A stretch of 64,000 bases of DNA from the NCBI RefSeq assembly GCF_003334765.1, contig NZ_QOWT01000006.1, one strand, 5' to 3'. This document shows, piece by piece, positions 10,919-22,267 of the stretch (the first letter of the stretch is position 1; each line of letters opens with the position of its first letter). A program made the position numbers and the translations under genes. Below the pieces are notes generated by a model that made no database searches, was not told where the DNA came from, and saw only the letters and a program-made list of their open reading frames with translations. This stretch comes from Escherichia coli (GTDB lineage Bacteria > Pseudomonadota > Gammaproteobacteria > Enterobacterales > Enterobacteriaceae).

Positions 10919-12184
10919 TTAATCGCTCAGCGCATCCTGCAAAATTTTCATTGCCGCATCGAATTGCGCATCCGGGATGGTCAGCGGATACAGGAAGCGA
11001 ATCACGTTGCCGTATGCGCCACAGGTCAGCAGGAGCAGCCCCTGCGCCAGCGCGCGTTGCTGGATTTTCTGTGCAATCGCCGCTGACGGCTCGCCCGTTT
11101 GCGGATCGTTAAACTCTACCGCAATCATCGACCCCAGGCCGCGTACCGCAGCAATGGCCGGAACGCTTTCTTTGGCATCAATCAACGTGTTTTTGAGACG
11201 CTGGCCCAGTTGATTCGCGCGTTCGCAGAGTGATTCTTTGTCGATAATGTTGAGCACCGCGTGCGCGGCAGCCACCGCCAGCGGGTTACCGGCGTAGGTG
11301 CCGCCAAGCCCGCCCGGCGCGGGTGCGTCCATAATATTCGCGTTACCGACCACGCCCGAAAGCGGCATCCCGCCCGCGAGGCTTTTCGCCATCGTCATTA
11401 AATCCGGCTTATCGGAGTAATGATCCATGGCAAACAGCTTACCGGTACGCGCAAAGCCGCTTTGCACTTCATCAGCAATCATCACAATACCGTGCTCGTC
11501 GCACAGGCGGCGAATAGCGGCAACCAGCTCTTTTGGCGCAACGTTGAAACCGCCCTCGCCCTGCACCGGTTCGAAAATAATCGCCGCCACCTGCTTCGCT
11601 TCGATGTCTGATTTAAACAAGCGTTCGATGGCGTCGAGGGAGTCCTGTGTTGAAATGCCGTGTAAATCTGACGGATAAGGTACGTGATACACCGAACCAG
11701 GGAACGGGCCGAAGCCGATTTTGTACGGCGCAACTTTTCCGGTCAGCGCCATGGTCATATACGTACGACCGTGAAAGCCGCCGCTAAACGCAATCACGCC
11801 AGGGCGTCCGGTATGGGCGCGAGCAATTTTCACCGCGTTTTCCACCGCTTCCGCACCGGTGGTGAAGAACGCGGTTTTGGCCTGCCCGCTCACCGGGGCA
11901 AGGGCGTTGATTTTCTCCGCCAGGGTGACGTAGCTTTCATACGGCACAATCTGATACGCGGTGTGGGTAAACTGTTGCAGTTGCTGCTCCACCGCCGCGA
12001 CCAGATCAGGGTGGCGATGTCCGGTATTCAGCACCGCAATGCCTGCGGCGAAATCGATGTACTCGTTGCCCTCAACATCCTTCAGCGTGGCGTTTTCAGC
12101 CGACTGGGCGAAGAAGTTACACATCACGCCAACCCCGCGCGGAGTGGCAGAAAGACGACTCTGATGGAATTCATTGTTGCTCAT
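10919..12184 (-). CDS. puuE: 4-aminobutyrate aminotransferase (PLP-dependent)
   Basis: 421-aa ORF MSNNEFHQSRLSATPRGVGVMCNFFAQSAENATLKDVEGNEYIDF... Confidence 0.93.
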   Translation of the reverse strand: MSNNEFHQSRLSATPRGVGVMCNFFAQSAENATLKDVEGNEYIDFAAGIAVLNTGHRHPDLVAAVEQQLQQFTHTAYQIVPYESYVTLAEKINALAPVSGQAKTAFFTTGAEAVENAVKIARAHTGRPGVIAFSGGFHGRTYMTMALTGKVAPYKIGFGPFPGSVYHVPYPSDLHGISTQDSLDAIERLFKSDIEAKQVAAIIFEPVQGEGGFNVAPKELVAAIRRLCDEHGIVMIADEVQSGFARTGKLFAMDHYSDKPDLMTMAKSLAGGMPLSGVVGNANIMDAPAPGGLGGTYAGNPLAVAAAHAVLNIIDKESLCERANQLGQRLKNTLIDAKESVPAIAAVRGLGSMIAVEFNDPQTGEPSAAIAQKIQQRALAQGLLLLTCGAYGNVIRFLYPLTIPDAQFDAAMKILQDALSD

Positions 12185-12221
12185 GTTTCACACCTTTTGA
12201 CTCTTCACGGTTAATCGGAAA

Positions 12222-13502
12222 TTAAACGCCCAGACGATCGCGCAGGCTGTAATACGCCGCGCCCATCGCGGTAAACGGCACACGCAGCGTGCGCCCGCCG
12301 GGGAACGGGTAATGCGGCAGATTGGCGAAGGCATCGAAACGTTCGGCGTCGCCGCGCAGCAGTTCGGCAATCAAACGTCCGGCTAGATGAGTACAGGTCA
12401 CGCCGTGGCCGCTGTAGCCCTGCATGTAATAGATGTTGGTATCGAGGCGACCAAACTGCGGCATACGCGACAGGGTCAGCAGGAAGTTGCCCGTCCAGCG
12501 GTAATCAATTTTCACGCCCTTCAGCTGCGGGAAGGTTTTCAGCAGTTTCGGCACCACAAGGCGCTCAACGTCATCCGGGTCGCGCGCGCCGTAGACCACG
12601 CCGCCGCCGTACAGCAGGCGGTTGTCGGCGGTAAGACGGTAGTAATCAAGCAGATAGTTACAGTCTTCCACACAGTAGTTTTTCGGGATCAGCGAACGGG
12701 CTAAATCTTCCGACAGCCGTTCGGTGGTGATCACCTGCGTGCCGCACGGCATGCTGCGTTTCGCCAGTTCCGGCTCTACTTTATCGCCCAGATACGCATT
12801 CCCGGCGACAATCACATACTTCGCCGTCACCTGACCTTTGGCAGTTCGCACAACGGCTGGCGTGGTGTGCTGGATCTGCGTCACGGCAGAAAGTTCATAC
12901 ACGCGCCCGCCGTTGAGGCGGATGGCGTCCGCTTCGCCAATGGCAAGGTTTAGCGGATGAATATGCCCACCGCTGTGATCCAGCAGCGCACCGGTATAGC
13001 GATCGCTGGCTACTTCACGGCGAATGGCGTTGGCGTCCAGCAATTCCAGCTGTTTATTGCCGTAGCGTTCCCAGTTCTCTTTCTGCTCTTCAAGTGTGGC
13101 GAGCTGTTTATCATTCATCGCCACAAACAGGCCGCCGGGGCGGTAGTCGCAGTCAATCTGATAACGTTTGATACGTTCGCGGATGATCTCACCACCTTCG
13201 AACATCATGCTGCCGAGCATACGGGCGGTGTCCATGCCGTAGCTTTTTTCGATCACGTCGATGTCGCGGCTGTAGGAGTTCACAAGCTGTCCGCCATTGC
13301 GCCCGCTTGCGCCAAAGCCGATGCGTGAGGCTTCGAGAACCACTACGTCAAAGCCCGCTTCCGCCAGATGCAGCGCGGAGGAGAGCCCGGTATAGCCGCC
13401 GCCAACCACGCAAACGTCGCAGGTGATTGACTCATTCAGCGTGTCGAATGGTGCATATTTATTCGCACTGGCGGCGTAGTAACTGCTGGTATGTTCGGTC
13501 AT
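12222..13502 (-). CDS. puuB: gamma-glutamylputrescine oxidase (FAD)
   Basis: 426-aa ORF with N-terminal FAD motif (VCVVGGGYTGLSSA). Confidence 0.93.
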   Translation of the reverse strand: MTEHTSSYYAASANKYAPFDTLNESITCDVCVVGGGYTGLSSALHLAEAGFDVVVLEASRIGFGASGRNGGQLVNSYSRDIDVIEKSYGMDTARMLGSMMFEGGEIIRERIKRYQIDCDYRPGGLFVAMNDKQLATLEEQKENWERYGNKQLELLDANAIRREVASDRYTGALLDHSGGHIHPLNLAIGEADAIRLNGGRVYELSAVTQIQHTTPAVVRTAKGQVTAKYVIVAGNAYLGDKVEPELAKRSMPCGTQVITTERLSEDLARSLIPKNYCVEDCNYLLDYYRLTADNRLLYGGGVVYGARDPDDVERLVVPKLLKTFPQLKGVKIDYRWTGNFLLTLSRMPQFGRLDTNIYYMQGYSGHGVTCTHLAGRLIAELLRGDAERFDAFANLPHYPFPGGRTLRVPFTAMGAAYYSLRDRLGV

Positions 13503-13503
13503 T

Positions 13504-14991
13504 TCAGGCCTCCAGGCTTATCCAGATGGTTTTCAGTTCAGTGAATTTTTCAAGGGCATGCAGGGATTTGTCGCGACCGTTGCCGCTCTGCTTATAGCCG
13601 CCAAACGGCACGGTCATATCGCCGTCGTTGTAGTTATTGACGAAGACGGAACCGGCTTTCAGGCGTCGGCTCATGCGGTGCGCGCGGGAGAGGTCGCGCG
13701 TCCATACCGCCGCGCCAAGGCCGTACTGGCTGTCGTTGGCAAGCTGTAGCGCCTGTTCTTCTGATGTGAAACGCGTGACCACCAGCACCGGACCGAAAAT
13801 CTCTTCGCGACTTAAGGACGCATTCGGGTCCACATCCACAAAGATGGTCGGGCCGATGGCGGCAGCCAGCCCGGCGTTACGGCCATCCAACAACAGTTGC
13901 CCTTTGCTTTCGCCTTCCCGAATAAAGCTATGGACCGAGTCGGCGTGGGCGCAGTCGATTAAGGTGCCCATGGTGGTTGCGGGATCAAGTGGATGGCCCG
14001 GCTGCCAGTTTTGCGCCTGCTGTTTTAACAGGGCTAAGAATTCATCGGCGATGCTCTCTTCCAGCAACAGGCGCGTTCCGGCGATGCACACCTGTCCCTG
14101 GTTGTAGAAAATGCCTGCTGCGGTGGCGCTTGCCGCCTGTTGCAAATCCGGGCAGTCAGCGAAAACGATGTTGGCGCTTTTGCCGCCCGCTTCCAGCCAG
14201 ACGCGTTTCATGTTGCTGTCGCCCGCATCTTTCAGCAGCTGTTTCCCGGTACGGGTTGAACCGGTAAAGGCAATGGCGTCGATATCGTTATGACGCGACA
14301 GCGCCTGCCCGGCTTCATGACCAAAACCCGTCACCACGTTCAACACACCATCCGGCAAGCCTGCTTCTTTCGCCAGCCCCGCGAGACGAATCGCACTGAG
14401 CGGTGATTTTTCAGACGGTTTTAGAATCACGCTGTTTCCCGCCGCCAGCGCCGGGCCGAGTTTCCAGCAAGTCAGCAACAGCGGGAAGTTCCACGGCACG
14501 ATGGCGGCAATCACGCCGACCGGTTCACGCACGATCATCGCCAGCTCATGGCTACTGGTGGTCGCCACTTCGCCATACACTTTGTCGATCGCTTCGGCGT
14601 ACCAGCGAATGGCGCGCGCCGCGCCGGGAATATCATCACGCAGACTGTGACGAATCGGTTTGCCGGTGTCGAGAGTTTCCAGCAGTGCCAGCTCTTCGGC
14701 GTGGGCTTCCATTAAATCGGCGAGTTTATTCAGTACCGCTTTACGTTTAGCCGGAGAAGAGAGTGACCAGTCGCCGCGTTCAAATACGCCGCGTGCTGCG
14801 CTCATCGCACGGTCGATATCGACGCTCTTGCCGCGGGCAATTTTCGCCAGCGGTGCCTGGGTGACCGGATCAACGGTTTCAAAGGTTTCATTTTCCGCCG
14901 CAGCAGTATATTCACCGTTAATAAATAAGCGGTTTTCAATGGCGAGACTTAACGCTTTATCCTGCCAGTAAGCCAGATGATGAAAATTCAT
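13504..14991 (-). CDS. puuC: gamma-glutamyl-gamma-aminobutyraldehyde dehydrogenase (NAD(P)-aldehyde dehydrogenase)
   Basis: ORF track 13504..15087; internal ATG start MNFHHLAYWQDKALSLAIEN... giving 495 aa. Confidence 0.93.
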   Translation of the reverse strand: MNFHHLAYWQDKALSLAIENRLFINGEYTAAAENETFETVDPVTQAPLAKIARGKSVDIDRAMSAARGVFERGDWSLSSPAKRKAVLNKLADLMEAHAEELALLETLDTGKPIRHSLRDDIPGAARAIRWYAEAIDKVYGEVATTSSHELAMIVREPVGVIAAIVPWNFPLLLTCWKLGPALAAGNSVILKPSEKSPLSAIRLAGLAKEAGLPDGVLNVVTGFGHEAGQALSRHNDIDAIAFTGSTRTGKQLLKDAGDSNMKRVWLEAGGKSANIVFADCPDLQQAASATAAGIFYNQGQVCIAGTRLLLEESIADEFLALLKQQAQNWQPGHPLDPATTMGTLIDCAHADSVHSFIREGESKGQLLLDGRNAGLAAAIGPTIFVDVDPNASLSREEIFGPVLVVTRFTSEEQALQLANDSQYGLGAAVWTRDLSRAHRMSRRLKAGSVFVNNYNDGDMTVPFGGYKQSGNGRDKSLHALEKFTELKTIWISLEA

Positions 14992-15265
14992 TATGACTCC
15001 TGTTTCACGTCTATCAGATATATGCAGTTTGTGAACGTCAGGGCGCAGAGATCCCCGGGCCGTATGCCCGTTTATTTCTGGCGACATTCTTTATATACAC
15101 TTCATCCTTCAAGCCGCCTCTGCCTTGGCTGCGTTCGCTCCCCCGAATCACTTACCTGAGTAAGCTCATCGGGATTCGCTCACTTGCCGCCTTGATGCAA
15201 CTTGAATGATTTTGTGTATAGATTGCCGGGCGCATTGCGCTTACCCGGCTTACAGAACAAAAAGA

Positions 15266-15823
15266 TTAAAACGTGGTGGGCGTATGGGCGCTGATAATTC
15301 GGCAAATACCTGCCGACGTATTACTGAAACTGTGCGGGATGCCGGTATTAATGGCATAACTTTGCCCCGCGACGAGGTGGTAATCCTGACCATTAATCGT
15401 CAGAACAATTTCACCTTCCAGTACAGTGCCTATTTCCTCACCCTGATGCTTAATTCTTTCCCCAGTGGTTGTGCCCGGCTGGTACGTTTCAAAGATCATC
15501 GCCAGCGTGCGATTCGGGTTACCGTTATGAACCAGCTTCATTGACACACCCTGACTACCCATCTCAATTAAGTCGTCCTGATTAATGACGACCTGCGGCT
15601 CATCAGGTTTTTCCGGCTCGGAAAAGAATTCCGAGAGTGACAGACCATACACCTTCAGCAGCTTTTGCAGCGTACTGATGGCAGGGCTGACTTTATCTTG
15701 TTCTATCGTACTGATAGCACTGTGAGTCAGCCCGGAGAGTTCGGCGGCACGACGTTGTGAAAGCCCCTGCTGCTGGCGGATTTCCGACAAGCGTTTTCCT
15801 GGCGCCAGTCCCTCATCACTCAT
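15266..15823 (-). CDS. puuR: HTH/cupin transcriptional repressor of puu genes
   Basis: 185-aa ORF MSDEGLAPGKRLSEIRQQQGLSQRRAAELSGLTHSAISTIEQDK... Confidence 0.93.
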   Translation of the reverse strand: MSDEGLAPGKRLSEIRQQQGLSQRRAAELSGLTHSAISTIEQDKVSPAISTLQKLLKVYGLSLSEFFSEPEKPDEPQVVINQDDLIEMGSQGVSMKLVHNGNPNRTLAMIFETYQPGTTTGERIKHQGEEIGTVLEGEIVLTINGQDYHLVAGQSYAINTGIPHSFSNTSAGICRIISAHTPTTF

Positions 15824-15849
15824 ATTTGCATTTCCTTAAACTGTAGTGG

Positions 15850-16614
15850 TCAGAGTCGCTGTTTTTCAGCGATATGGTGCTGACAAGCGGTGATAAAGCC
15901 CTCGAACAATATACGCGAAAGCGCGTACTCGCTACTGTTCCATTCCGGGTGCCACTGTACGCCCAGCGCAAAAGGATGATTGATGACGCTAACCGCCTCA
16001 ACTAAGCCATCCGGCGAGCGAGCTTCAACACGCAACCGTGGGCTAACGACCTTCGCCCCTTGTCCATGTAGAGAGTTTACCCAAAAGTTGCTACATTCAG
16101 GTAACAACGCAGACAGTAATCCCCCCTCTTCAACCTGAACTTCATGCGACGGTGCATATTGCTGTTCCACCGGCAGTTCGGGATCTTCCCGATGTTCCAG
16201 CAATTCAGGCTGTTCGCACAGCTTGCGATGCAACGAACCACCGGTTGCCACCACCAGTTCTTGTAAACCCCGGCAGATGGCGAAAATGGGGATGCGCCTT
16301 TCGAGTGCGGCATTAATTATCGCCATGCTCAGAAGATCACGCCCGGGATCGGCGTCAGGCTCATCGCCGTTTTCACCATATAGGTGCGGCTGCACATTGC
16401 TGGGACTACCAGGAAGATAAATGCCATCGAGTTTCGGCAAAAGTTGTTCAAGTAATGACGGTTCCGCCAGCGCATGTGGTAGCGCAATAGGCAAGCCGCC
16501 TGCATGGATGATGGCATTCAGGTACTTTTCTTGCAGAGTCTGGGTCGCATGACCCTTAAGCCTGTTCCTGCACATTACGACACCGATAACCGGATTGTTC
16601 ATTATATTTTCCAT
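15850..16614 (-). CDS. puuD: gamma-glutamyl-GABA hydrolase (class I glutamine amidotransferase-like)
   Basis: ORF track 15850..16626; internal ATG start MENIMNNPVIGVVMCRNRL... (254 aa). Confidence 0.93.
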   Translation of the reverse strand: MENIMNNPVIGVVMCRNRLKGHATQTLQEKYLNAIIHAGGLPIALPHALAEPSLLEQLLPKLDGIYLPGSPSNVQPHLYGENGDEPDADPGRDLLSMAIINAALERRIPIFAICRGLQELVVATGGSLHRKLCEQPELLEHREDPELPVEQQYAPSHEVQVEEGGLLSALLPECSNFWVNSLHGQGAKVVSPRLRVEARSPDGLVEAVSVINHPFALGVQWHPEWNSSEYALSRILFEGFITACQHHIAEKQRL

Positions 16615-16825
16615 GCTCAATCTCACAAAGTGGACTAAATTATCGCCATTACTGCGCTTTAAATGACCTTTATGTTCAATATTTTTTCAATCTAGCAGTG
16701 GGTTTTCATTTTTGCAAACTCAATTTAACATTTGACAAACATTTAGTTTGCATACAGATTCGAATGGTGGTCATTATATTTTACGCTTTGATAACGAGCG
16801 GAAAACAAACCAAAGGCGAAGAATC

Positions 16826-18244
16826 ATGGAAACCAATATCGTTGAAGTAGAGAACTTTGTTCAGCAGTCAGAAGAGAGGCGGGGTAGCGCCTTTACGCAG
16901 GAAGTGAAACGCTACCTGGAGCGCTACCCGAATACGCAATATGTTGATGTTTTACTTACCGATTTAAATGGTTGCTTCCGTGGAAAGCGTATTCCTGTTT
17001 CAAGCCTGAAGAAGCTCGAGAAAGGGTGTTATTTCCCGGCCTCGGTATTTGCAATGGATATTCTGGGCAACGTAGTAGAAGAAGCAGGTCTGGGTCAGGA
17101 AATGGGCGAGCCGGATCGTACCTGTGTTCCTGTTCTCGGTTCCTTAACTCCTTCTGCCGCCGATCCAGAGTTTATCGGTCAGATGCTCCTGACCATGGTC
17201 GATGAAGATGGCGCTCCCTTTGACGTTGAGCCGCGGAACGTTCTTAACCGCCTGTGGCAGCAGCTGCGCCAGCGCGGATTGTTCCCGGTCGTAGCGGTAG
17301 AGCTGGAGTTCTATTTACTGGATCGCCAGCGCGACGCTGAAGGGTATCTGCAACCGCCCTGCGCGCCTGGCACCGATGACCGCAATACACAAAGCCAGGT
17401 TTACTCCGTTGATAACCTCAACCACTTCGCCGACGTGCTCAATGATATTGATGAACTGGCGCAGTTACAGCTGATTCCGGCAGATGGCGCGGTCGCTGAG
17501 GCCTCGCCGGGTCAGTTTGAAATCAACCTTTACCATACTGATAACGTGCTGGAAGCCTGCGATGATGCGCTGGCACTAAAACGCCTGGTGCGTCTGATGG
17601 CAGAAAAGCATAAGATGCACGCCACTTTTATGGCGAAGCCGTATGAAGAGCACGCGGGCAGCGGAATGCATATCCATATCAGTATGCAAAATAATCGTGG
17701 CGAGAACGTGCTTTCTGACGCGGAAGGCGAAGATTCGCCGCTGCTGAAAAAGATGCTCGCCGGGATGATTGACCTGATGCCGTCGTCGATGGCGTTGCTG
17801 GCACCAAACGTGAACTCGTATCGCCGCTTCCAGCCGGGAATGTATGTGCCGACGCAGGCGTCGTGGGGCCATAACAACCGCACCGTCGCCCTGCGTATTC
17901 CGTGCGGCGACCGTCATAATCACCGCGTGGAATATCGCGTGGCGGGTGCCGATGCCAACCCATATCTGGTGATGGCAGCGATTTTTGCCGGTATTTTGCA
18001 TGGCCTTGATAACGAGCTGCCGTTGCAGGAAGAAGTCGAAGGCAACGGGCTGGAACAGGAAGGCTTACCCTTTCCGATTCGCCAGAGCGATGCCCTGGGT
18101 GAGTTTATCGAGAATGATCACCTGCGCCGCTATTTAGGCGAACGCTTCTGCCATGTCTATCACGCCTGTAAAAATGATGAGCTGTTGCAGTTTGAGCGCC
18201 TCATCACAGAAACAGAAATTGAGTGGATGTTGAAAAACGCGTAA
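16826..18244 (+). CDS. puuA: glutamate-putrescine ligase (glutamine synthetase family)
   Basis: ORF track 16748..18244; internal ATG start METNIVEVENFVQQSEERRG... (472 aa). Confidence 0.93.
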   Translation: METNIVEVENFVQQSEERRGSAFTQEVKRYLERYPNTQYVDVLLTDLNGCFRGKRIPVSSLKKLEKGCYFPASVFAMDILGNVVEEAGLGQEMGEPDRTCVPVLGSLTPSAADPEFIGQMLLTMVDEDGAPFDVEPRNVLNRLWQQLRQRGLFPVVAVELEFYLLDRQRDAEGYLQPPCAPGTDDRNTQSQVYSVDNLNHFADVLNDIDELAQLQLIPADGAVAEASPGQFEINLYHTDNVLEACDDALALKRLVRLMAEKHKMHATFMAKPYEEHAGSGMHIHISMQNNRGENVLSDAEGEDSPLLKKMLAGMIDLMPSSMALLAPNVNSYRRFQPGMYVPTQASWGHNNRTVALRIPCGDRHNHRVEYRVAGADANPYLVMAAIFAGILHGLDNELPLQEEVEGNGLEQEGLPFPIRQSDALGEFIENDHLRRYLGERFCHVYHACKNDELLQFERLITETEIEWMLKNA

Positions 18245-18245
18245 T

Positions 18246-18267
18246 ACCCCTTGCGGGGTTGTTTCAT
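18246..18267 (+). terminator. candidate rho-independent terminator after puuA
   Basis: ccccttgcgggg hairpin followed by ttgtttcat. Confidence 0.45.
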
Positions 18268-18546
18268 CGGCCTGAGCGGAGCCAGGCCTGACATTTGCTG
18301 GTAATCCAGACATTTCCCGGATGTCGCGTTATGGAGCGCGGGCGGCAACGGGCTTCCGTTAACGATTAAGACTGTGACGAGGAAATGAGATGATGCCGAT
18401 GATTAAATCCCCGCATGGCGAGGGAGGCTGCGTATGCGCCCCTCCTGCTACTGACTGGACTCCGCCCCCTTTGCTTCCCTTGCTAAACAGGTTTGATTTC
18501 AGGTCGACACGACCGCAAACCTTATTACGCAGGGGAGGCAGCAATT

Positions 18547-19932
18547 ATGGCTATTAATTCACCACTGAATATTGCTGCGCAACCCGGCAAAACCCGTCTG
18601 CGAAAATCACTGAAATTGTGGCAGGTGGTGATGATGGGTCTGGCCTATCTCACGCCGATGACCGTATTTGATACTTTTGGTATTGTCTCCGGCATTAGCG
18701 ACGGTCACGTTCCGGCGTCCTATTTGCTGGCGCTGGCGGGTGTGCTGTTTACCGCTATCAGCTACGGCAAACTGGTTCGCCAGTTTCCGGAGGCCGGTTC
18801 GGCCTATACCTACGCGCAAAAGTCGATTAACCCGCACGTCGGATTTATGGTCGGCTGGTCATCGCTGCTGGATTATCTCTTTTTGCCGATGATTAACGTC
18901 TTGTTGGCGAAAATCTATCTCTCCGCCCTCTTCCCGGAAGTGCCGCCGTGGGTGTGGGTGGTAACCTTCGTCGCCATTTTAACCGCCGCGAATCTGAAGA
19001 GCGTCAACCTGGTCGCTAACTTCAATACCCTGTTTGTACTGGTGCAAATCTCCATCATGGTGGTGTTTATCTTCCTGGTAGTTCAGGGACTGCATAAAGG
19101 AGAAGGCGTTGGCACCGTCTGGTCACTTCAGCCGTTTATCAGCGAGAACGCGCACCTGATCCCGATTATTACCGGGGCGACGATTGTCTGTTTCTCCTTC
19201 CTCGGTTTCGATGCGGTGACCACGCTTTCGGAAGAGACGCCGGACGCCGCACGCGTGATCCCGAAAGCCATCTTCCTGACGGCGGTCTACGGTGGCGTTA
19301 TCTTTATCGCGGCGTCGTTCTTTATGCAGCTGTTCTTTCCCGATATCAGCCGCTTTAAAGATCCGGATGCCGCACTGCCTGAAATTGCGCTGTACGTCGG
19401 CGGCAAGCTCTTCCAGTCGATTTTCCTCTGCACCACGTTTGTGAACACGTTAGCCTCTGGCCTGGCTTCACATGCCAGCGTGTCGCGTCTGCTGTATGTG
19501 ATGGGGCGTGACAATGTGTTTCCGGAGCGCGTGTTTGGCTATGTGCACCCAAAATGGCGGACTCCGGCACTCAACGTCATTATGGTCGGGATTGTCGCGT
19601 TGTCGGCGCTGTTCTTCGATTTAGTTACCGCCACAGCGTTAATTAACTTCGGTGCTCTGGTGGCGTTTACCTTCGTGAATCTGTCGGTGTTTAATCATTT
19701 CTGGCGGCGTAAAGGAATGAATAAAAGCTGGAAGGATCACTTCCACTATTTGCTGATGCCGCTGGTTGGCGCGCTGACGGTGGGTGTGCTGTGGGTTAAC
19801 CTCGAGTCAACGTCACTGACACTCGGTCTGGTATGGGCTTCGTTAGGCGGCGCATATTTATGGTATCTGATCCGCCGCTATCGCAAAGTGCCGTTGTATG
19901 ATGGTGACAGAACGCCGGTGAGTGAAACGTAA
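18547..19932 (+). CDS. puuP: putrescine importer (APC-family permease)
   Basis: ORF track 18493..19932; internal ATG start [20 protein letters not shown]... (461 aa). Confidence 0.93.
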
Positions 19933-19938
19933 TAGTCG

Positions 19939-19980
19939 GATGCGCGGCGCATTATCCTGCCTGAGGGTAACGCGCCGCGC
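19939..19980. repeat. REP-like GC-rich palindrome downstream of puuP
   Basis: gcgcggcgc ... gcgccgcgc 9-bp inverted arms around a 24-nt loop. Confidence 0.4.
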
Positions 19981-20065
19981 CATTAACTATAAAAAGATGT
20001 ATGACCCGGATCACGAGTGCTATCATCCGCCCTTATGCTTAGCGCATTAACCCCAGGGGCAAATA

Positions 20066-20311
20066 ATGAACCACGATATCCCGCTAAAATATTTTGATAT
20101 TGCCGATGAGTACGCGACCGAATGCGCAGAGCCTGTCGCAGAGGCTGAACGCACACCGCTGGCCCACTACTTCCAGTTACTGCTCACCCGTTTGATGAAC
20201 AATGAAGAGATCAGCGAAGAAGCCCAACATGAAATGGCTGCTGAAGCGGGGATTAATCCCGTACGCATTGATGAGATCGCAGAGTTTTTGAATCAATGGG
20301 GTAATGAGTAA
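20066..20311 (+). CDS. ymjA: DUF2543 family small protein
   Basis: 81-aa [84 protein letters not shown]. Confidence 0.85.
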
Positions 20312-20340
20312 TGATTTAATTGCAGACGATCGGTCAGTAT

Positions 20341-20375
20341 CGTTGTCCGGATAAAGCGTTCACGCCGCATCTGGC
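20341..20375. repeat. REP element
   Basis: gttgtccggataaagcgttcacgccgcatctggc, close to the reverse complement of the REP consensus. Confidence 0.6.
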
Positions 20376-20623
20376 TAACAATGACACGCACTGCAGCGTG
20401 CTTTAATGGGTTTCTCACGATCGTACCGCTCTGCTCCTCGCTAAGTTGTTCTGTGAGTTATAGTTATAGAGAAATCACGGGTACGAATGTTGAACAGATG
20501 GCGACGTCACCTGTTCAACGACCAACCACACGGCCCTCATTACGACCCCTGAACACAAACGGTAATGGCAAATGTCATTAAATATTAGTAAGATAGCCTC
20601 TTTACATAAAATCCCTTAATATT

Positions 20624-22267
20624 ATGCGCCAGGTATTATCGTCTCTTTTGGTGATTGCTGGACTTGTGAGTGGTCAGGCAATCGCCGCGCCTGAATCTCC
20701 CCCGCATGCTGATATCCGCGACAGCGGTTTTGTCTATTGCGTCAGCGGGCAAGTCAACACCTTTAACCCATCCAAAGCGAGCAGTGGGTTAATTGTCGAT
20801 ACCCTTGCCGCCCAGTTTTATGATCGACTGCTGGATGTCGATCCCTATACCTATCGCCTGATGCCGGAACTTGCCGAAAGCTGGGAAGTACTCGACAACG
20901 GCGCGACCTATCGCTTCCACCTGCGTCGCGATGTTCCGTTTCAAAAAACCGACTGGTTTACTCCCACTCGTAAAATGAATGCCGACGATGTGGTGTTTAC
21001 CTTCCAGCGAATTTTTGACCGCAACAACCCGTGGCATAACGTCAACGGCAGCAACTTCCCCTACTTCGACAGCCTGCAATTTGCCGATAACGTGAAAAGC
21101 GTCCGCAAACTGGATAATCATACCGTTGAGTTCCGACTCGCCCAGCCGGATGCTTCTTTTTTGTGGCACCTCGCAACCCATTATGCTTCGGTCATGTCGG
21201 CAGAATATGCCCGGAAGTTAGAGAAAGAAGATCGCCAGGAGCAACTCGACCGTCAACCGGTCGGCACCGGTCCGTATCAGTTGTCGGAATACCGCGCCGG
21301 GCAATTTATTCGCCTACAACGTCATGATGACTTCTGGCGCGGTAAACCGTTAATGCCGCAGGTAGTGGTGGATTTAGGCTCCGGCGGCACCGGACGTCTG
21401 TCGAAACTCCTGACCGGGGAATGCGACGTTCTGGCCTGGCCTGCTGCCAGCCAGCTATCCATTTTGCGTGACGACCCGCGCTTGCGTTTAACGCTGCGTC
21501 CTGGGATGAACGTCGCCTATCTGGCATTTAACACCGCCAAACCGCCGCTAAATAATCCCGCTGTCCGCCATGCGCTGGCACTGGCGATTAATAACCAGCG
21601 CCTGATGCAATCCATCTATTATGGTACGGCTGAAACGGCGGCCTCTATTTTACCGCGCGCCTCGTGGGCCTATGACAACGAGGCTAAAATTACTGAATAC
21701 AATCCGGCGAAATCGCGCGAACAGTTGAAGTCGTTGGGGCTGGAAAATTTAACGCTGAAACTGTGGGTGCCCACACGTTCGCAGGCGTGGAACCCCAGTC
21801 CACTGAAAACTGCCGAACTGATTCAGGCGGATATGGCGCAGGTTGGCGTAAAAGTGGTGATTGTGCCGGTAGAAGGTCGCTTTCAGGAGGCGCGGTTGAT
21901 GGATATGAGCCATGATCTGACGTTATCCGGTTGGGCGACGGACAGTAACGACCCGGACAGTTTCTTCCGTCCGTTACTGAGCTGCGCGGCAATTCATTCG
22001 CAGACCAACCTCGCCCACTGGTGCGATCCGAAATTCGACAGCGTATTGCGTAAGGCGCTCTCTTCGCAGCAGCTGGCGGCGCGTATTGAAGCCTATGACG
22101 AAGCGCAGAGTATTCTGGCGCAGGAATTGCCCATTTTGCCGCTGGCGTCGTCATTGCGTTTGCAGGCCTATCGGTACGATATCAAAGGTCTGGTACTTAG
22201 CCCGTTTGGTAACGCCTCCTTTGCTGGGGTGTATCGCGAGAAACAGGATGAGGTGAAAAAACCATGA
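20624..22267 (+). CDS. sapA: periplasmic substrate-binding protein of SapABCDF ABC transporter
   Basis: 547-aa ORF with signal peptide; first gene of a five-gene ABC operon. Confidence 0.95.
   Translation: MRQVLSSLLVIAGLVSGQAIAAPESPPHADIRDSGFVYCVSGQVNTFNPSKASSGLIVDTLAAQFYDRLLDVDPYTYRLMPELAESWEVLDNGATYRFHLRRDVPFQKTDWFTPTRKMNADDVVFTFQRIFDRNNPWHNVNGSNFPYFDSLQFADNVKSVRKLDNHTVEFRLAQPDASFLWHLATHYASVMSAEYARKLEKEDRQEQLDRQPVGTGPYQLSEYRAGQFIRLQRHDDFWRGKPLMPQVVVDLGSGGTGRLSKLLTGECDVLAWPAASQLSILRDDPRLRLTLRPGMNVAYLAFNTAKPPLNNPAVRHALALAINNQRLMQSIYYGTAETAASILPRASWAYDNEAKITEYNPAKSREQLKSLGLENLTLKLWVPTRSQAWNPSPLKTAELIQADMAQVGVKVVIVPVEGRFQEARLMDMSHDLTLSGWATDSNDPDSFFRPLLSCAAIHSQTNLAHWCDPKFDSVLRKALSSQQLAARIEAYDEAQSILAQELPILPLASSLRLQAYRYDIKGLVLSPFGNASFAGVYREKQDEVKKP

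Noticed and set aside
15088-15265. GC-rich hairpin-like sequences in the puuC-puuR spacer (e.g. gccgggcgcattgcgcttacccggc) as a REP element
   Set aside because: The match to the REP consensus is weak and the arms are imperfect; more likely promoter or leader sequence for puuC.
18389-18454. Possible upstream ORF before puuP
   Set aside because: A first by-eye reading suggested a 58-codon uORF overlapping the puuP start, but careful codon-by-codon translation gives only 21 codons (MMPMIKSPHGEGRLRMRPSCY*), with no support beyond a nearby SD-like sequence.
20457-20470. 14-nt string ttatagttatagag shared between the sapA upstream region and the osmB upstream region (34353-34366)
   Set aside because: Several exact 14-mer repeats are expected by chance in 64 kb on both strands, and the string is a low-complexity tandem hexamer; no other similarity in the flanks.
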